Below, one piece after another: positions 20,217 through 30,747 of a stretch of 64,000 nt of DNA. This DNA comes from Candidatus Omnitrophota bacterium (GTDB lineage Bacteria > Omnitrophota > Gorgyraeia > JABMSB01). The DNA lies in the NCBI GenBank assembly GCA_013202205.1, contig JABMSB010000028.1, positions 19,370-83,369 on the forward strand, given 5' to 3'. The position numbers and the translations under genes are program-made. Numbering within the stretch: position 1 is the stretch's first letter; the number at the start of each line of letters is the position of its first letter. A model generated the notes under the pieces. It saw only the letters and a program-made list of their open reading frames with translations. It was not told the origin of the DNA and did no database searches.

Positions 20217-21464
20217 TTATTGGTTCATGGACATTAAAAATTCCGCGTTCGTCTTTGTCTTCTTTATTTTGTCGACTAAGAGTTCCATGGCTTCAATGGT
20301 ATTCAGCTCATTTAGGACCTTACGCATGAGCCAGATCCTCTGGATCTCATCCTTATCGAGCAAGAGCTCCTCTTTGCGTGTATTGGACCGTTTTATATCT
20401 ATCGCCGGATAGATGCGTCTCTGGAAAAGGTTGCGGTCAAGTTGAAGCTCCATGTTGCCGGTGCCCTTGAACTCTTCAAATATAACCTCATCCATACGGC
20501 TTCCTGTATCGACTAAAGCGGTGGCAATTATAGTAAGGCTTCCGCCTTCTTCTACATTGCGCGCGGCGCCGAAGAATCTCTTAGGCTTGTGCAACGCATT
20601 AGAATCGACTCCTCCTGAGAGTATCTTCCCGGAATGCGGCACCACTGAATTGTATGCGCGAGCCAAACGTGTTATCGAGTCGAGCAAAACTACGACATCC
20701 CGTTTGTGCTCAACGAGCCTCTTCGCCTTCTCAAGGACAACATCCGCCACCTGGACATGGCGCTCTGCCGGTTCGTCGAACGTCGAGCTTATAACCTCGC
20801 CCTTGACGGAACGCGCCATATCCGTAACTTCTTCCGGACGCTCATCTATCAAAAGGACTATAAGCACCGCGTCAGGGTAATTGGTCGTTATACTATTGGC
20901 CACCTTCTGTAAGATCATCGTCTTACCGCTATACGGAGGCGCTACTATCAAACCCCTCTGTCCTTTTCCGATTGGCGTCAGTAAGTCCATTATGCGCGTC
21001 GTCGTCTCATCACCCTTGGTCTCAAGCAGAAACCTTACATTGGGATAGAGTGGTGTCAGGTTGTCGAAGACCACTTTCCCTTTGCACTTCTCCGGATTTT
21101 CGAAATTGACCGCTTCTACCTTAAGAAGGGCGAAGTACCTCTCCCCCTCTTTGGGCGGCCTTATCTGGCCGCTGACGGTATCACCTGTACGGAGGCTGAA
21201 CCTCTTTATCTGTGAAGGAGAGATATATATGTCGTCGGGACACGGCAGATAGTTATAGTTTGGGCTGCGCAAGAAACCAAAACCATCCTGCAGTACCTCC
21301 AGGACACCTTCGCCGAACATATTGCCGTTCTTCTCGGCCTGCCCCTGCAAGATCTTAAAGATGAGATCCTGCTTCTTTATACTGCTGGCACCGTTTATGT
21401 CCAGCCCCTTGGCTACCTTATACAGCTCCGCCACCTTCATGTCCTTCAATTTAGTTATCTCCAT
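20217..21464 (-). CDS. rho: Transcription termination factor Rho
   Basis: [43 protein letters not shown]; start moved to ATG behind AGGAGG. Confidence 0.97.
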   Translation of the reverse strand: MEITKLKDMKVAELYKVAKGLDINGASSIKKQDLIFKILQGQAEKNGNMFGEGVLEVLQDGFGFLRSPNYNYLPCPDDIYISPSQIKRFSLRTGDTVSGQIRPPKEGERYFALLKVEAVNFENPEKCKGKVVFDNLTPLYPNVRFLLETKGDETTTRIMDLLTPIGKGQRGLIVAPPYSGKTMILQKVANSITTNYPDAVLIVLLIDERPEEVTDMARSVKGEVISSTFDEPAERHVQVADVVLEKAKRLVEHKRDVVVLLDSITRLARAYNSVVPHSGKILSGGVDSNALHKPKRFFGAARNVEEGGSLTIIATALVDTGSRMDEVIFEEFKGTGNMELQLDRNLFQRRIYPAIDIKRSNTRKEELLLDKDEIQRIWLMRKVLNELNTIEAMELLVDKIKKTKTNAEFLMSMNQ

Positions 21465-21496
21465 AACCTCGCCTCCTAATGGCCCATAATCCTTAT

Positions 21497-22123
21497 TCAC
21501 TTTTTTCGTAGACACATATCCCTCCATATCTTTTTCACCTCTTTTTTTGCGTTAGACCTGCTACCATTGTTATCTATTATAAAATCGGCCAGCTTCTTCT
21601 TCTTGCTCAGCGGTATCTGCATCTTTGTGCGCCGCACTATTTCGCTGCGGGATATAGATCCCCGCCGCTTCGAGCGAGCCAGCTGATTCTTTCGTGAAGC
21701 AACGACTACTATCACATAATCGACCACCTTGTGCAAAGACGCTTCTATTAGCAGGGGGGCGTCTATAATAACTGCCGGATAGGTTCGTCTCTTCGTCCGT
21801 GTCAGTTCCCTATCTATAAATTCGATGACCTCGGGATGGACTATCGCCTGCAATATTCTTAAGAGGCACCCGGAAGAAAATACCTTCTTTGACAGGAGCC
21901 GCCTGCTTATTTTGCCCTTCACTAAAATATCTTTGCCAAAGAGCGTTACGATATCTCTGTAGGTTCGCGTACCCCTCTTTAAATAACGGTGGGCTATGCT
22001 GTCCGCATCTAAGACCTTTGCTCCGGAAATCTCGGCCAGCATCTTTGAGACGGTAGTCTTGCCGGTACCCATACCGCCGGTAACGCCTATGACTATACCT
22101 TTGTATCGCCTGTTTCGTCTCAT
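21497..22123 (-). CDS. coaE: Dephospho-CoA kinase
   Basis: [41 protein letters not shown]; ATG overlaps polA stop. Confidence 0.92.
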   Translation of the reverse strand: MRRNRRYKGIVIGVTGGMGTGKTTVSKMLAEISGAKVLDADSIAHRYLKRGTRTYRDIVTLFGKDILVKGKISRRLLSKKVFSSGCLLRILQAIVHPEVIEFIDRELTRTKRRTYPAVIIDAPLLIEASLHKVVDYVIVVVASRKNQLARSKRRGSISRSEIVRRTKMQIPLSKKKKLADFIIDNNGSRSNAKKEVKKIWRDMCLRKK

Positions 22124-24801
22124 TTTGTCTCGAGCCAATTTTTTCCAGCCTTTACGTTAACCTCTATGGGGACGTCGAGCTTTATCGCGTTCTCCATTTT
22201 TTCTTTAATCATAGCCTTTAAATCTTTTAGTTCCTGCTGGGGCACCTCAAATACAAGTTCATCGTGTACCTGCAGTATCATCTTTGAACGCCATGACCCG
22301 CTAGCGAGCTCACGATCGACCTCTATCATAGCTACCTTAATGAGGTCTGCTGCAGAACCTTGTATGGGTGTATTGACGGCCGTCCTCTCGGCAAATTGGC
22401 GCAAAGACATGTTATCATTCTTGATCTCCGGTAAATATCGGCGCCTCTTCATCATCGTGGTAACAAACCCATCTTCCCTTGCCGCCTCTATCGTCTCCTC
22501 CAAAAATGATTTGACGCCGGGATATCTCTGGAAATAGTTGTCGATAAATTCTCCCGCCTCCTCAGGTGATATCTCCAAATCCCTGGCGAGTCCCCATGCG
22601 CTCATGCCGTATATAATACCAAAGTTGACTACCTTTGCCTGGGAGCGCATCTCGGATGTAACCTGCTCCATCTCGACGCCAAATACCAAAGAAGCGGTAT
22701 GTGTATGGATATCGAGCCCTTCCTTAAACGCGTGTATCAGGTCCTTGTCCTTGGAGAGGTGCGCCAATATCCTGAGCTCTATCTGTGAATAGTCGGCTGA
22801 GACGAGTAATGCCTTAGGGTCGCTAGGCACGAATGCCTTACGTATCTTTCGGCCCAATTCCGTCTTTATCGGTATATTCTGTAAATTCGGGCTGCTGCTT
22901 GAAAGCCTGCCCGTAGCCGTAACCGCCTGGTTAAAAGATGTATGGACCCTGCCCGTCTTTGGATTTATCAATTTTGGCAATGCATCCACATAGGTCGACT
23001 TGAGCTTTGAGAGCTCCCGGAATTCTATCAGGGTAGCCGGCAGCGCATGCTTGGCTGCCAGTGTCCTCAGTACACCTTCGTCGGTCGAGAAGCCGGTCTT
23101 GGTCCGCCTGACAACAGGAAGCTTCAATTTATCGAACAAGATCTCGCTCAGCTGCTTCGGTGAGTTGATATTGAACTCACAACCCGCTATATCATAAACA
23201 TCTTTTGTCAGTTTCCCGAGCGAGCGGTCCATCGTTTCGGATAGCTCGGAGAGGAACTTCTTATCTATGGCCACTCCGTTTAATTCCACGCTCTTCAGCA
23301 CGTCTATGAGCGGGACCTCAACATCGTCGAACAGTTTATCGAGCGCCTTCTTTGACAATTCCTTGATGAAGATCTCCTTAAGCCTGAATGTCACATCGCT
23401 ATCCTCGCAGGAATACTCGCAAATCCGGTCGAGGCCCACTTTGTCCATGGTAATCTTATTCTTACCGCTTCCCATCAGGTCTGAGAGCGGGATCATCTTG
23501 TGTCCAAGGTATTCCAGTGATATATCATCTAAATTATGGTTCGGTTTTGACGGATTTAAAAGGTATGAGCCAACCATCGTGTCGAATGAGATCCCTTTAA
23601 GCTTTATACCGTAGTTCTGCAGGATGACGGCTTCGTACTTTATATTCTGGCCTACCTTTTTGATCTTCGGGTCTTCGAGCATAGGCTTCAGTTTTGCCAA
23701 TACGTCTTTTGTATCTAACTTTTTCTTCTCTGTCTTAAAGCTCTTCTTATCTTCAGTACCGACATAATATGCCAGGCCTTTCTTCCAACAGAATGATATG
23801 CCGACTATCTCAGCCAGCATCGGGTCCTTGCCTGTTGTCTCAAAGTCGAATACAAACTCCTCGGACTTACCTAACTCTTTTATAAGCCCTGCAAAACCCT
23901 TCTCATCCTCAATAAGGCGATAGTCGCTCTTGAGTGTATCGGTGGGAGCCAGCTCTTTGAAGAGACCACGGAACTCAAGACGCTTGAAGAGTGTGAGGAG
24001 CTTCTTTGTGTCATGCGGTTTCGGTTTAAGGTCTTCAAAACTTACCTTTATCGGCACTGCTGCATCCAGGCGTGCCAGCTCCTCACTCATCCGGGCAAGG
24101 TCCTTGGACTCCATCAGTTTCTTCTTAAGCCCCTCCCCTTTCACTTTATCGAGATTATCGAGAAGGCCATCGAGGCTCCCAAATTCAACTATAAGTTTTA
24201 TGGCTGTCTTTTCCCCTATCCCGGGTACTCCCGGTATGTTATCTGTAGCATCGCCTGCCAATGCCATTATATCCACTACCCTCTCCGGCCCTACTCCAAA
24301 ACGCTCCTTTACCTTATCGCTGTCGTATATCATGCCATCCTTGTGCGTATTATATACCTTGATATGGGATCCTACTAATTGGAGGGCATCCTTGTCACCA
24401 GTGACTATGAATGTCTCTATATCCTCAGCCTCAGCCTTCCTGGCAATAGTTGCCAGGAGATCGTCTGCCTCAAACCCCTCCATTTCGAAGATGGGTATCC
24501 TATATCCGGCTAGAACATCTTTTATAACAGGTAATTGGGAAACGAGCTCATCCGGCATAGGTTTGCGATGTATCTTATAATCATCGAACTTCTTATGGCG
24601 GAATGTTGGGCCTTTAAGATCGAATGTCACTGCCAGATAGTCGGGCTTTTCCTTATCTACAATCTTATTCATCATCGTGATAAATCCATATACGGCATTG
24701 GTCGGCTCACCCCTGGAGGTGACCAGGCTCCTTATGGCATAAAATGCCCTATAACAGAAGGAGTTGCCATCTATCAAAAATAGACGCTTTTTATCACTCA
24801 T
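22120..24801 (-). CDS. polA: DNA polymerase I
   Basis: 5'-3' exonuclease (LIDGNS, EADD, DNIPGVPGIGEKTA), 3'-5' exonuclease DFETT, ADYSQIELR, NFGIIYG, QVHDEL. Confidence 0.97.
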   Translation of the reverse strand: MSDKKRLFLIDGNSFCYRAFYAIRSLVTSRGEPTNAVYGFITMMNKIVDKEKPDYLAVTFDLKGPTFRHKKFDDYKIHRKPMPDELVSQLPVIKDVLAGYRIPIFEMEGFEADDLLATIARKAEAEDIETFIVTGDKDALQLVGSHIKVYNTHKDGMIYDSDKVKERFGVGPERVVDIMALAGDATDNIPGVPGIGEKTAIKLIVEFGSLDGLLDNLDKVKGEGLKKKLMESKDLARMSEELARLDAAVPIKVSFEDLKPKPHDTKKLLTLFKRLEFRGLFKELAPTDTLKSDYRLIEDEKGFAGLIKELGKSEEFVFDFETTGKDPMLAEIVGISFCWKKGLAYYVGTEDKKSFKTEKKKLDTKDVLAKLKPMLEDPKIKKVGQNIKYEAVILQNYGIKLKGISFDTMVGSYLLNPSKPNHNLDDISLEYLGHKMIPLSDLMGSGKNKITMDKVGLDRICEYSCEDSDVTFRLKEIFIKELSKKALDKLFDDVEVPLIDVLKSVELNGVAIDKKFLSELSETMDRSLGKLTKDVYDIAGCEFNINSPKQLSEILFDKLKLPVVRRTKTGFSTDEGVLRTLAAKHALPATLIEFRELSKLKSTYVDALPKLINPKTGRVHTSFNQAVTATGRLSSSSPNLQNIPIKTELGRKIRKAFVPSDPKALLVSADYSQIELRILAHLSKDKDLIHAFKEGLDIHTHTASLVFGVEMEQVTSEMRSQAKVVNFGIIYGMSAWGLARDLEISPEEAGEFIDNYFQRYPGVKSFLEETIEAAREDGFVTTMMKRRRYLPEIKNDNMSLRQFAERTAVNTPIQGSAADLIKVAMIEVDRELASGSWRSKMILQVHDELVFEVPQQELKDLKAMIKEKMENAIKLDVPIEVNVKAGKNWLETK

Positions 24802-24848
24802 AAGCTATCACCTAATTTGATCCCTTTGTCACCATCAATTGGCCGGAT

Positions 24849-24873
24849 AAAAAGAGAGGAGCCATCTTTCCTC
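24849..24873 (-). terminator. Weak intrinsic terminator candidate after the secretin gene
   Basis: Minus strand GAGGA-aagatggc-TCCTC followed by TCTTTTT; stem only 5 bp. Confidence 0.3.
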
Positions 24874-24952
24874 ATTATGCCAATCGATATTTGCTAATAA
24901 CAGGAAAAACTTAAAACTATGGGAAAGAATTGCATTGGATGGGGTATTCTCG

Positions 24953-26212
24953 CTAAAGATTTACCATGTCTCCATGCGTGTCTAAAATACGTGCGGTTAT
25001 AAATATCAGGAGGTTCGACTTTGCCTGATACTTTGTCTTCGACTGAAAGAGCTTGCCCAATATCGGGATGTCTCCGAAGAAGGGTACCTTCCGGACATTG
25101 TCGACATCCTCATTCTTCATCAACCCGCCTATTACTAATGTCTTGCCGTCCTCTACAGAGACGGTCGTCTGTGTAGTGCGCGTGGTGATCTGCGGCAAGG
25201 TAACATTACGCGCCTGGTCGGTCGATTCCGTCCTTATATCTACGGTATTTGTCAGGTCTACCTCGCGTACCGAAGGGCGCAGGCTCAGCGTTATGGTCTC
25301 TCTATTCTCATTGACGACCGGCACCACCTCAAGGACTATGCCTTCCCAGATAGTGTCGATTACGGGATTATAGGTCGTCTCAACTATTGTCGACGTATCC
25401 CCAGATGTAGTCTGCACTATATCCCAGTCCTTGACATATGAAAACTCCGTCACCACCTTGATATTTGCCATCTGGTTGTTATAACAAGTAAGCTTGGGTG
25501 CCGAGAGTGTGTTGGTATTCTTGTTCTTCTCAAGCGCCGTAATTATAGCCTTGAACTTGGCATAATCGAGGACTGCAAATTCCAGGCTCAGCGGATTGCC
25601 TATACCGCTCTCATCCCCCCATGAGCCTGCCTCCCAGTCAAGAACTCCCTTTGTATCTATTCGTCCTTCTTTGTTCTTGGCATTTATTGCAAATCCTGCC
25701 GCCGTTGAACCGTCGGTCAGGGTCTGGTCTGTGAGGCCCCGCAGCTCTATGCCGAAATCTTCGCCATCAAAAGACTTGACCTCAATTATGCGCGCCTCTA
25801 TCGATATCTGCGTCATAGTTGCGGCTCTCAAAGACCTTAAGAACCCTTCTATCTTTTCGTGGTTGGCAAGGGTATTCAATACCACCATCTGACCTGTCAG
25901 GCGGTGATAATCGACATAACTACCTGCTGGTTGGGGTACAGATTTTTCTATCAGTTTTACTATATCTTCGGATGTTACCGTAGTCGATGCCTTGGATGCT
26001 GTGGTAGTTGCTGCCGTAGAAGACGAACCCGAGCTTCCTGAGCCTGCTGAAGATGGGGCCGTTGTACCCAACCCTCCGATAGTAGCAGCTTCTCCGGCTG
26101 TAAGACTGCTGACGGTTTGTGAGGAGACCTCTCCCCTAAAACCGGCAAAGATGACCAGTAACAGTAGGGTCCCTACTAATATTTTAAAAGATATAGTCTT
26201 ACGGTCTCTCAT
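24953..26212 (-). CDS. Secretin C-terminal polypeptide (partial N3 plus secretin barrel) with own signal peptide
   Basis: QISIEARIIEV, LSAPKL..NNQMA, GIVLEVVP, DGKTLVIGGL, KVPFFGDIPILGKLF, LLIFITARI; basic plus hydrophobic N-terminus. Confidence 0.9.
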   Translation of the reverse strand: MRDRKTISFKILVGTLLLLVIFAGFRGEVSSQTVSSLTAGEAATIGGLGTTAPSSAGSGSSGSSSTAATTTASKASTTVTSEDIVKLIEKSVPQPAGSYVDYHRLTGQMVVLNTLANHEKIEGFLRSLRAATMTQISIEARIIEVKSFDGEDFGIELRGLTDQTLTDGSTAAGFAINAKNKEGRIDTKGVLDWEAGSWGDESGIGNPLSLEFAVLDYAKFKAIITALEKNKNTNTLSAPKLTCYNNQMANIKVVTEFSYVKDWDIVQTTSGDTSTIVETTYNPVIDTIWEGIVLEVVPVVNENRETITLSLRPSVREVDLTNTVDIRTESTDQARNVTLPQITTRTTQTTVSVEDGKTLVIGGLMKNEDVDNVRKVPFFGDIPILGKLFQSKTKYQAKSNLLIFITARILDTHGDMVNL

Positions 26213-27474
26213 TTTAATGAACTCTTATTTTTGCTGCTAGTTACGCTGGTATCAAACTGCTCGGCAGGATAGTCCTTCACGGTCCCGACCAGATCCTGGA
26301 CATCATAGACCTTCACCACCATATCGCCCTGTTCTATTCTCGCGGCCGAAGCTACCAATATATAATTGTCCTTCACGTCATAATCGAGCTGGGCCGGATA
26401 GAGGACAATATCGAGTAACTCTGATATAGGCATATCCCGCAATGAGACGCTTATCTTCCGTTCCGCGTTGGGCATCGCCCCTTCATCCATGACAAAGTTG
26501 AGGCCTGTGAGGTCTACTAAGAATTTTATTACATCTTTTATAGACGCATCAGTAAAATCTATTTCGGCTATGCGTTCTTTTAAACGATCTTTTAAGTTTT
26601 CTCGATCGGAAGATACCTTTTGCACTTCTTCCTGCTTGGCGGTTGCAGATTGGGCGCCCACTCTCTTCGCGGAACTCGCGCGCCTATCCCCGTATCGCTC
26701 CTCCATGCCCTGCCCGGACGTGGGCACGGTCGCCTCATCTACTTCGGCTAAACGCGTCATCTCCTCTAAGGACTTGGCCATAGACATATGTTTCACTTTG
26801 CGCTCTACGATCGTATTGCGTGTCTTCTCGCGATAATATATCAACTCCTCGTCGAATGGCGCGTATTCCAGGGCCATGTTGAGCGCTTCCTCCGCAGCCC
26901 TGTAATTACCGTTATCGTATAGCTCGTGAGACTCCTCGAGTAACTGATCACGCATTAGCGCTGCCTCGGATGGCATCTTTACCTTATCCTTCAATTCCCT
27001 CTCTCTCCGAGCCTTCAGCTGCGCGCCTTCCTCTTCAGTCATGCGCATCGTCTTAGCCATCTCCGTATCCCGCTTGCGCTCTTCCCTTATAAGGTCTCTA
27101 TGCATCTTCGCCCGGTTCTTCTCCAATTTTTCATGGCTCTTTTTTAAGTACTTCGCCGCCTTTGAGTTTGATGGGTCGAAACCAAGCGCCTTCTGAAATT
27201 CAGATACCGCTTCTTTATATTGTTTTTTCTTATAATAGTTGACTGCTATCTTATAGTACCCTTTGGACAAAATCTCATTCTTCTTGCGCTGCCGATACTT
27301 AAGCTCGGCAAGCTCTTCGGCTATCCTCTTAGCCTCTGCTTTATCATCGATCACTTTCTTTTCAGAAGAGACAACATCTTCAGATTCAATAGCGAATGAT
27401 AGAGAGAAAACCGGGGCTATTAAGGCAAGGTATATTAATACGCTAATTATAGTAAGAAAAGAGATGGGCTTCAT
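26209..27474 (-). CDS. Secretin N-terminal polypeptide (signal peptide, TPRs, coiled coil, STN/N0 domain)
   Basis: TPR YKEAVSEFQKALGFDPSN; STN-like IDFTDASIKDVIKFLVDLTGLNFV..ISVSLRDMPISELLDIVL; ends after VKVYDVQDLV. Confidence 0.75.
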   Translation of the reverse strand: MKPISFLTIISVLIYLALIAPVFSLSFAIESEDVVSSEKKVIDDKAEAKRIAEELAELKYRQRKKNEILSKGYYKIAVNYYKKKQYKEAVSEFQKALGFDPSNSKAAKYLKKSHEKLEKNRAKMHRDLIREERKRDTEMAKTMRMTEEEGAQLKARRERELKDKVKMPSEAALMRDQLLEESHELYDNGNYRAAEEALNMALEYAPFDEELIYYREKTRNTIVERKVKHMSMAKSLEEMTRLAEVDEATVPTSGQGMEERYGDRRASSAKRVGAQSATAKQEEVQKVSSDRENLKDRLKERIAEIDFTDASIKDVIKFLVDLTGLNFVMDEGAMPNAERKISVSLRDMPISELLDIVLYPAQLDYDVKDNYILVASAARIEQGDMVVKVYDVQDLVGTVKDYPAEQFDTSVTSSKNKSSLK

Positions 27475-28220
27475 TCTCTTGGGGATTTAGCCTCCTTGGG
27501 GATACTAATTGTCATATCTCCTTTTGATAATACCACATAGGTATCTTTTATGTCAAGCACTAAATAGCCGTCACCTATTATCTCGCCTCTTTGAACAGAT
27601 ACCGTCTCTTTGGAGCCAAGATCCAGGATTGTGGCTATAAGTTGTTGTGTGGGCATAGGTTTTTTAAATTCAAGGACTACCTTTTCGCCATCTGAGCTTG
27701 ATAATGTAGCGGATGACGCGTTTAAGTCATCCAATACCCACCCCTCTGCAGTTTCTCCTCTTCTTGCCAAATATGTCCTCTCGCCAAAGTTTAGCTGTGC
27801 CACCATCTCTCCGTTGGCCAATACGAGATAACCGTTATATATCAACTCAAATGAGGCCGGCTCAACCGACAATACCTTAAAAGGCTTATCTATCGTCGAT
27901 ATTGTCCCGGGTGGCGGTAATGGCATCTTCTCCTTTACCAATGAAAATATGTCCTTATCTAAAAGGGTATCATAATGCGGCACCTTCTCGGGATTCTTAA
28001 ATACAGTAAAGGCCTCTTCGGCATCTGAGACCAGCTTGGATATCTCCCTTGACTCCTTCACAGCTGCGTGCTTCCCGTCTGCAAAGTGCGGCGCATCTTC
28101 TTTGGTCAGGGCCACCTCGATATATCCGAAGATAGAGACGAGCCATATGGCAGCAAGCGCTGCCGTCAATGCCTTTGTACTGACTTCTACCAGACGCTCT
28201 TTGGATATAGCTCTATTCAT
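27471..28220 (-). CDS. Membrane-anchored pilus assembly protein (PilP/Amuc_1099-like position)
   Basis: N-terminal TM, Pro-rich linker, two beta repeats (ARRGETAEGW; VQRGEIIGDGYLVLDI); between PilO-like and secretin genes. Confidence 0.5.
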   Translation of the reverse strand: MNRAISKERLVEVSTKALTAALAAIWLVSIFGYIEVALTKEDAPHFADGKHAAVKESREISKLVSDAEEAFTVFKNPEKVPHYDTLLDKDIFSLVKEKMPLPPPGTISTIDKPFKVLSVEPASFELIYNGYLVLANGEMVAQLNFGERTYLARRGETAEGWVLDDLNASSATLSSSDGEKVVLEFKKPMPTQQLIATILDLGSKETVSVQRGEIIGDGYLVLDIKDTYVVLSKGDMTISIPKEAKSPRE

Positions 28221-28226
28221 ATAAAC

Positions 28227-29024
28227 CTATTCTTGAAGAAATCCTTTTGGGCTCATCATGGTTATTATAGCTCTAAGCAAGTGCTCCTTCTCATCTATCA
28301 GGAAGACCTGAAACTCCTCTACAGCCAGGACCTGGTCAGATTTAGAAAGGGACTGCATAAGGGCAAAGATGCTTCCTGTCTCCCCCTCTACCTCTATCCT
28401 CACCTTATAATCCGTAAAGAGTATGGACTTAGGGTTAACTGCCGATACAAAAGGCTTAGGATCCGGAAAATTTATATCTATCAAAGTATTTATTTTGGAA
28501 TCTATCAAAAGACGGATTACCTCCTCAAGCAAAGAGAGTTCCCCTACCAATGTGGACGTACGATCGGCCTGAGGAATCCTCTTCTTATATTCATTGAATC
28601 CCAGCGAGGGAGGCAGCCCAAGACCATTCTCCTCTGCGACTTCTCTAAGCTGCGCCTCCTTCTTATACAATAAGTCTTTAAATGCAAGGGGGTCGATCGC
28701 TTTTTTGCTTACTTTAAGCTTCTTGCCACGTAATGAAGCTACGATCTTATCATATGCGGAGGAGAGGCCTTCCTTCTCCTTTTGTAAGACGGCTATCATG
28801 GCAGCTGCGGAGATCTCTTCACCCTTAGTTACCCTCGCCAACCTCTCCTTCTGGTCCGTTATCTGCGTAAGGAGCAAACGAGATTCCTTGCTGGCCGATC
28901 TTAGAGAGATAAGAGAAACTACAAAAATTATTATTAATATAAAGAACGCGATCTGGGCAGGTAAAGTCTTGCCGATCAGCCCGGAAGAGGTCGCCCTCGC
29001 TATCATCTCTTGGATTTTTTTCAT
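28227..29024 (-). CDS. Amuc_1100-family / PilO-like protein
   Basis: TM, coiled coil, then FKDLL..LREVAEENGLGLPPSLGFNEY..IP; synteny pilM-X-X-secretin as in Akkermansia. Confidence 0.65.
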   Translation of the reverse strand: MKKIQEMIARATSSGLIGKTLPAQIAFFILIIIFVVSLISLRSASKESRLLLTQITDQKERLARVTKGEEISAAAMIAVLQKEKEGLSSAYDKIVASLRGKKLKVSKKAIDPLAFKDLLYKKEAQLREVAEENGLGLPPSLGFNEYKKRIPQADRTSTLVGELSLLEEVIRLLIDSKINTLIDINFPDPKPFVSAVNPKSILFTDYKVRIEVEGETGSIFALMQSLSKSDQVLAVEEFQVFLIDEKEHLLRAIITMMSPKGFLQE

Positions 29025-30652
29025 GTGCGTATATCCGCCTCTATGACAAACTCTTTTAAACCCTCATCCGCCGGCCCAATACCACCGGACACAGAATGCG
29101 TGCCTATTAGATCTGCCGATATTATCTTTACATTTACGAAGACGCCATAGAGGTTAAGGGAATTCTTAAAAGCCGATATTGCCGGGAATGGGCCTTTGGT
29201 CCGTCCCTTGATCAAGAGATGATATTTATCCCCCCTGGGCTTTGTCTCGATTTCGGTAATCCAGATCTCATCCCCAAGCGCATCTTTTAGCTTAGCAAAG
29301 ACCTCAAACCATAGAGGATTCTTCTTCGATATCTCTATTGCTGCTTCAAGGCGCTCTTTAGTAATAGAGTTCTCTGAGCGCAACTTATCGATCCTGATCT
29401 TATTCTGCTCATAATCTTCATTAAACGCCTTCAGATTTCCTAACTCTATAAATTTTGACCTATTCTTCTGGTTCGAGGTAGCTGTGATTGTCGACAATAT
29501 AAGTATTACAAAGATAAGAGATGTGAAGATGGCCCTCCTCCCCATTCGAAATATATCTGACATCTTCTGCTCGGGAGATATGAGGTTTATGCGTATCTCG
29601 GGCGGTTTGGCCAGGCTTAAGGCTAAACCGATTGCCGTGCCCAGGCGCGTGAGGGCCGGCTCGCCCAGATTCAATTCTTTTGAAACGAGAAGGCCGTTTG
29701 TCGGATCGGCCCGGCGCACTTTTAATCCCAGGTGCGACTCCAGATATCCGTCTATTCCCTTGAGGCTTGCCCCGCCTCCTGTGATTATAACCTCTTTTAA
29801 GTCTATCTTATTGTGATGTGTATTATAAAAGGTGATCGACTGGGATATCTCCGTAGACATATCTGTCAATACGGGCACCATGGCCCTTGCGACACTCTCT
29901 TTCTCCGGCGGGAGGTTGGAGGGCCCTGTCTCTGCCAGGGCTATCGCGTCATTACGCTTGATCGACTCGGCCTCCTTGAAACTGACCTGCGACTGATTGG
30001 CAATCGCGCTCGTCAATTCATCCGCGCCTATCATTATGCTGCGGCTCCAGATCTTGCCATCATGGACTATGATCATATCCGTCGCCTTTGCCCCCAGGTC
30101 GAGGATCAGGCGGTCATTCAGGTCGTCCTTGGCAGAGAGTGCATCGCACAAAGCCAGGGGCGATGCGGTAACGGATGCTATGTCAGGATCATACCCTAAC
30201 AACCGGCTTACGGCCGTCGAGACTATCTCATTCTTTACGGCAACCAGGATCGCTTCGAGCTCTGAGCCAACACTGCCGGTAACATGGTAGTCCCATATAA
30301 CCTCGTCTATGGGGAAAGGGACTTGCTGCTGCGCTTCATATTTTACTATCTGGCTTATCTTCGACTTGGCTACATGCGGGAATTTTATCAGGCGGATAAA
30401 TACTGAGTATCCTGCTATAGAGAGGGCAAGACGGCCGCCCTTTATCTTTATCGATTCGTTGACCTTCTCAAGGAGCTCACCCGTTCTCTTATTTAGAAAG
30501 TCCGCCTCTTCCTCAGGCCTCTCCCTTTCTAAGTCCAAGATTTTAAACCCGATCAGCCTGACATCATCCTTAAATTTCAGGATCTCGGCAACCTTCACGC
30601 CGCTTTCACTGATATCTATACCGATATATTTTCGTGGCCTATTCCAAAACAT
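29021..30652 (-). CDS. pilM: PilM-PilN fusion
   Basis: IGIDISESGVK, YEAQQQVPFPIDEVIWDY, ILDLGA, ITGGGA, AIGLAL, then INL-TM-coiled coil-IWITEI PilN part. Confidence 0.85.
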   Translation of the reverse strand: MFWNRPRKYIGIDISESGVKVAEILKFKDDVRLIGFKILDLERERPEEEADFLNKRTGELLEKVNESIKIKGGRLALSIAGYSVFIRLIKFPHVAKSKISQIVKYEAQQQVPFPIDEVIWDYHVTGSVGSELEAILVAVKNEIVSTAVSRLLGYDPDIASVTASPLALCDALSAKDDLNDRLILDLGAKATDMIIVHDGKIWSRSIMIGADELTSAIANQSQVSFKEAESIKRNDAIALAETGPSNLPPEKESVARAMVPVLTDMSTEISQSITFYNTHHNKIDLKEVIITGGGASLKGIDGYLESHLGLKVRRADPTNGLLVSKELNLGEPALTRLGTAIGLALSLAKPPEIRINLISPEQKMSDIFRMGRRAIFTSLIFVILILSTITATSNQKNRSKFIELGNLKAFNEDYEQNKIRIDKLRSENSITKERLEAAIEISKKNPLWFEVFAKLKDALGDEIWITEIETKPRGDKYHLLIKGRTKGPFPAISAFKNSLNLYGVFVNVKIISADLIGTHSVSGGIGPADEGLKEFVIEADIRT

Positions 30653-30697
30653 ATGATAAAGGGACTCCTCTATTTAATCTTTATACTTTTATACTCT

Positions 30698-30726
30698 ATA
30701 ATATAATAAAGATACCCTACAAGCAA
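30698..30726 (-). promoter_or_regulatory. Sigma70-type promoter upstream of pilM
   Basis: TTGCTT-17 bp-TATTAT on minus strand in an AT-rich gap; GAGGAG RBS downstream. Confidence 0.55.
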
Positions 30727-30747
30727 GAATTTTATACCTAATATCCA

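Noticed and set aside
24802-24952. 151-bp gap before polA as a riboswitch or sRNA
   Set aside because: No recognisable aptamer motif; only a weak hairpin. An Rfam scan would settle it.
26200-26230. Secretin split as a simple frameshift pseudogene
   Set aside because: The second ORF has a distinct signal-peptide-like N-terminus and an ATGA overlap. Read-level confirmation is still needed.
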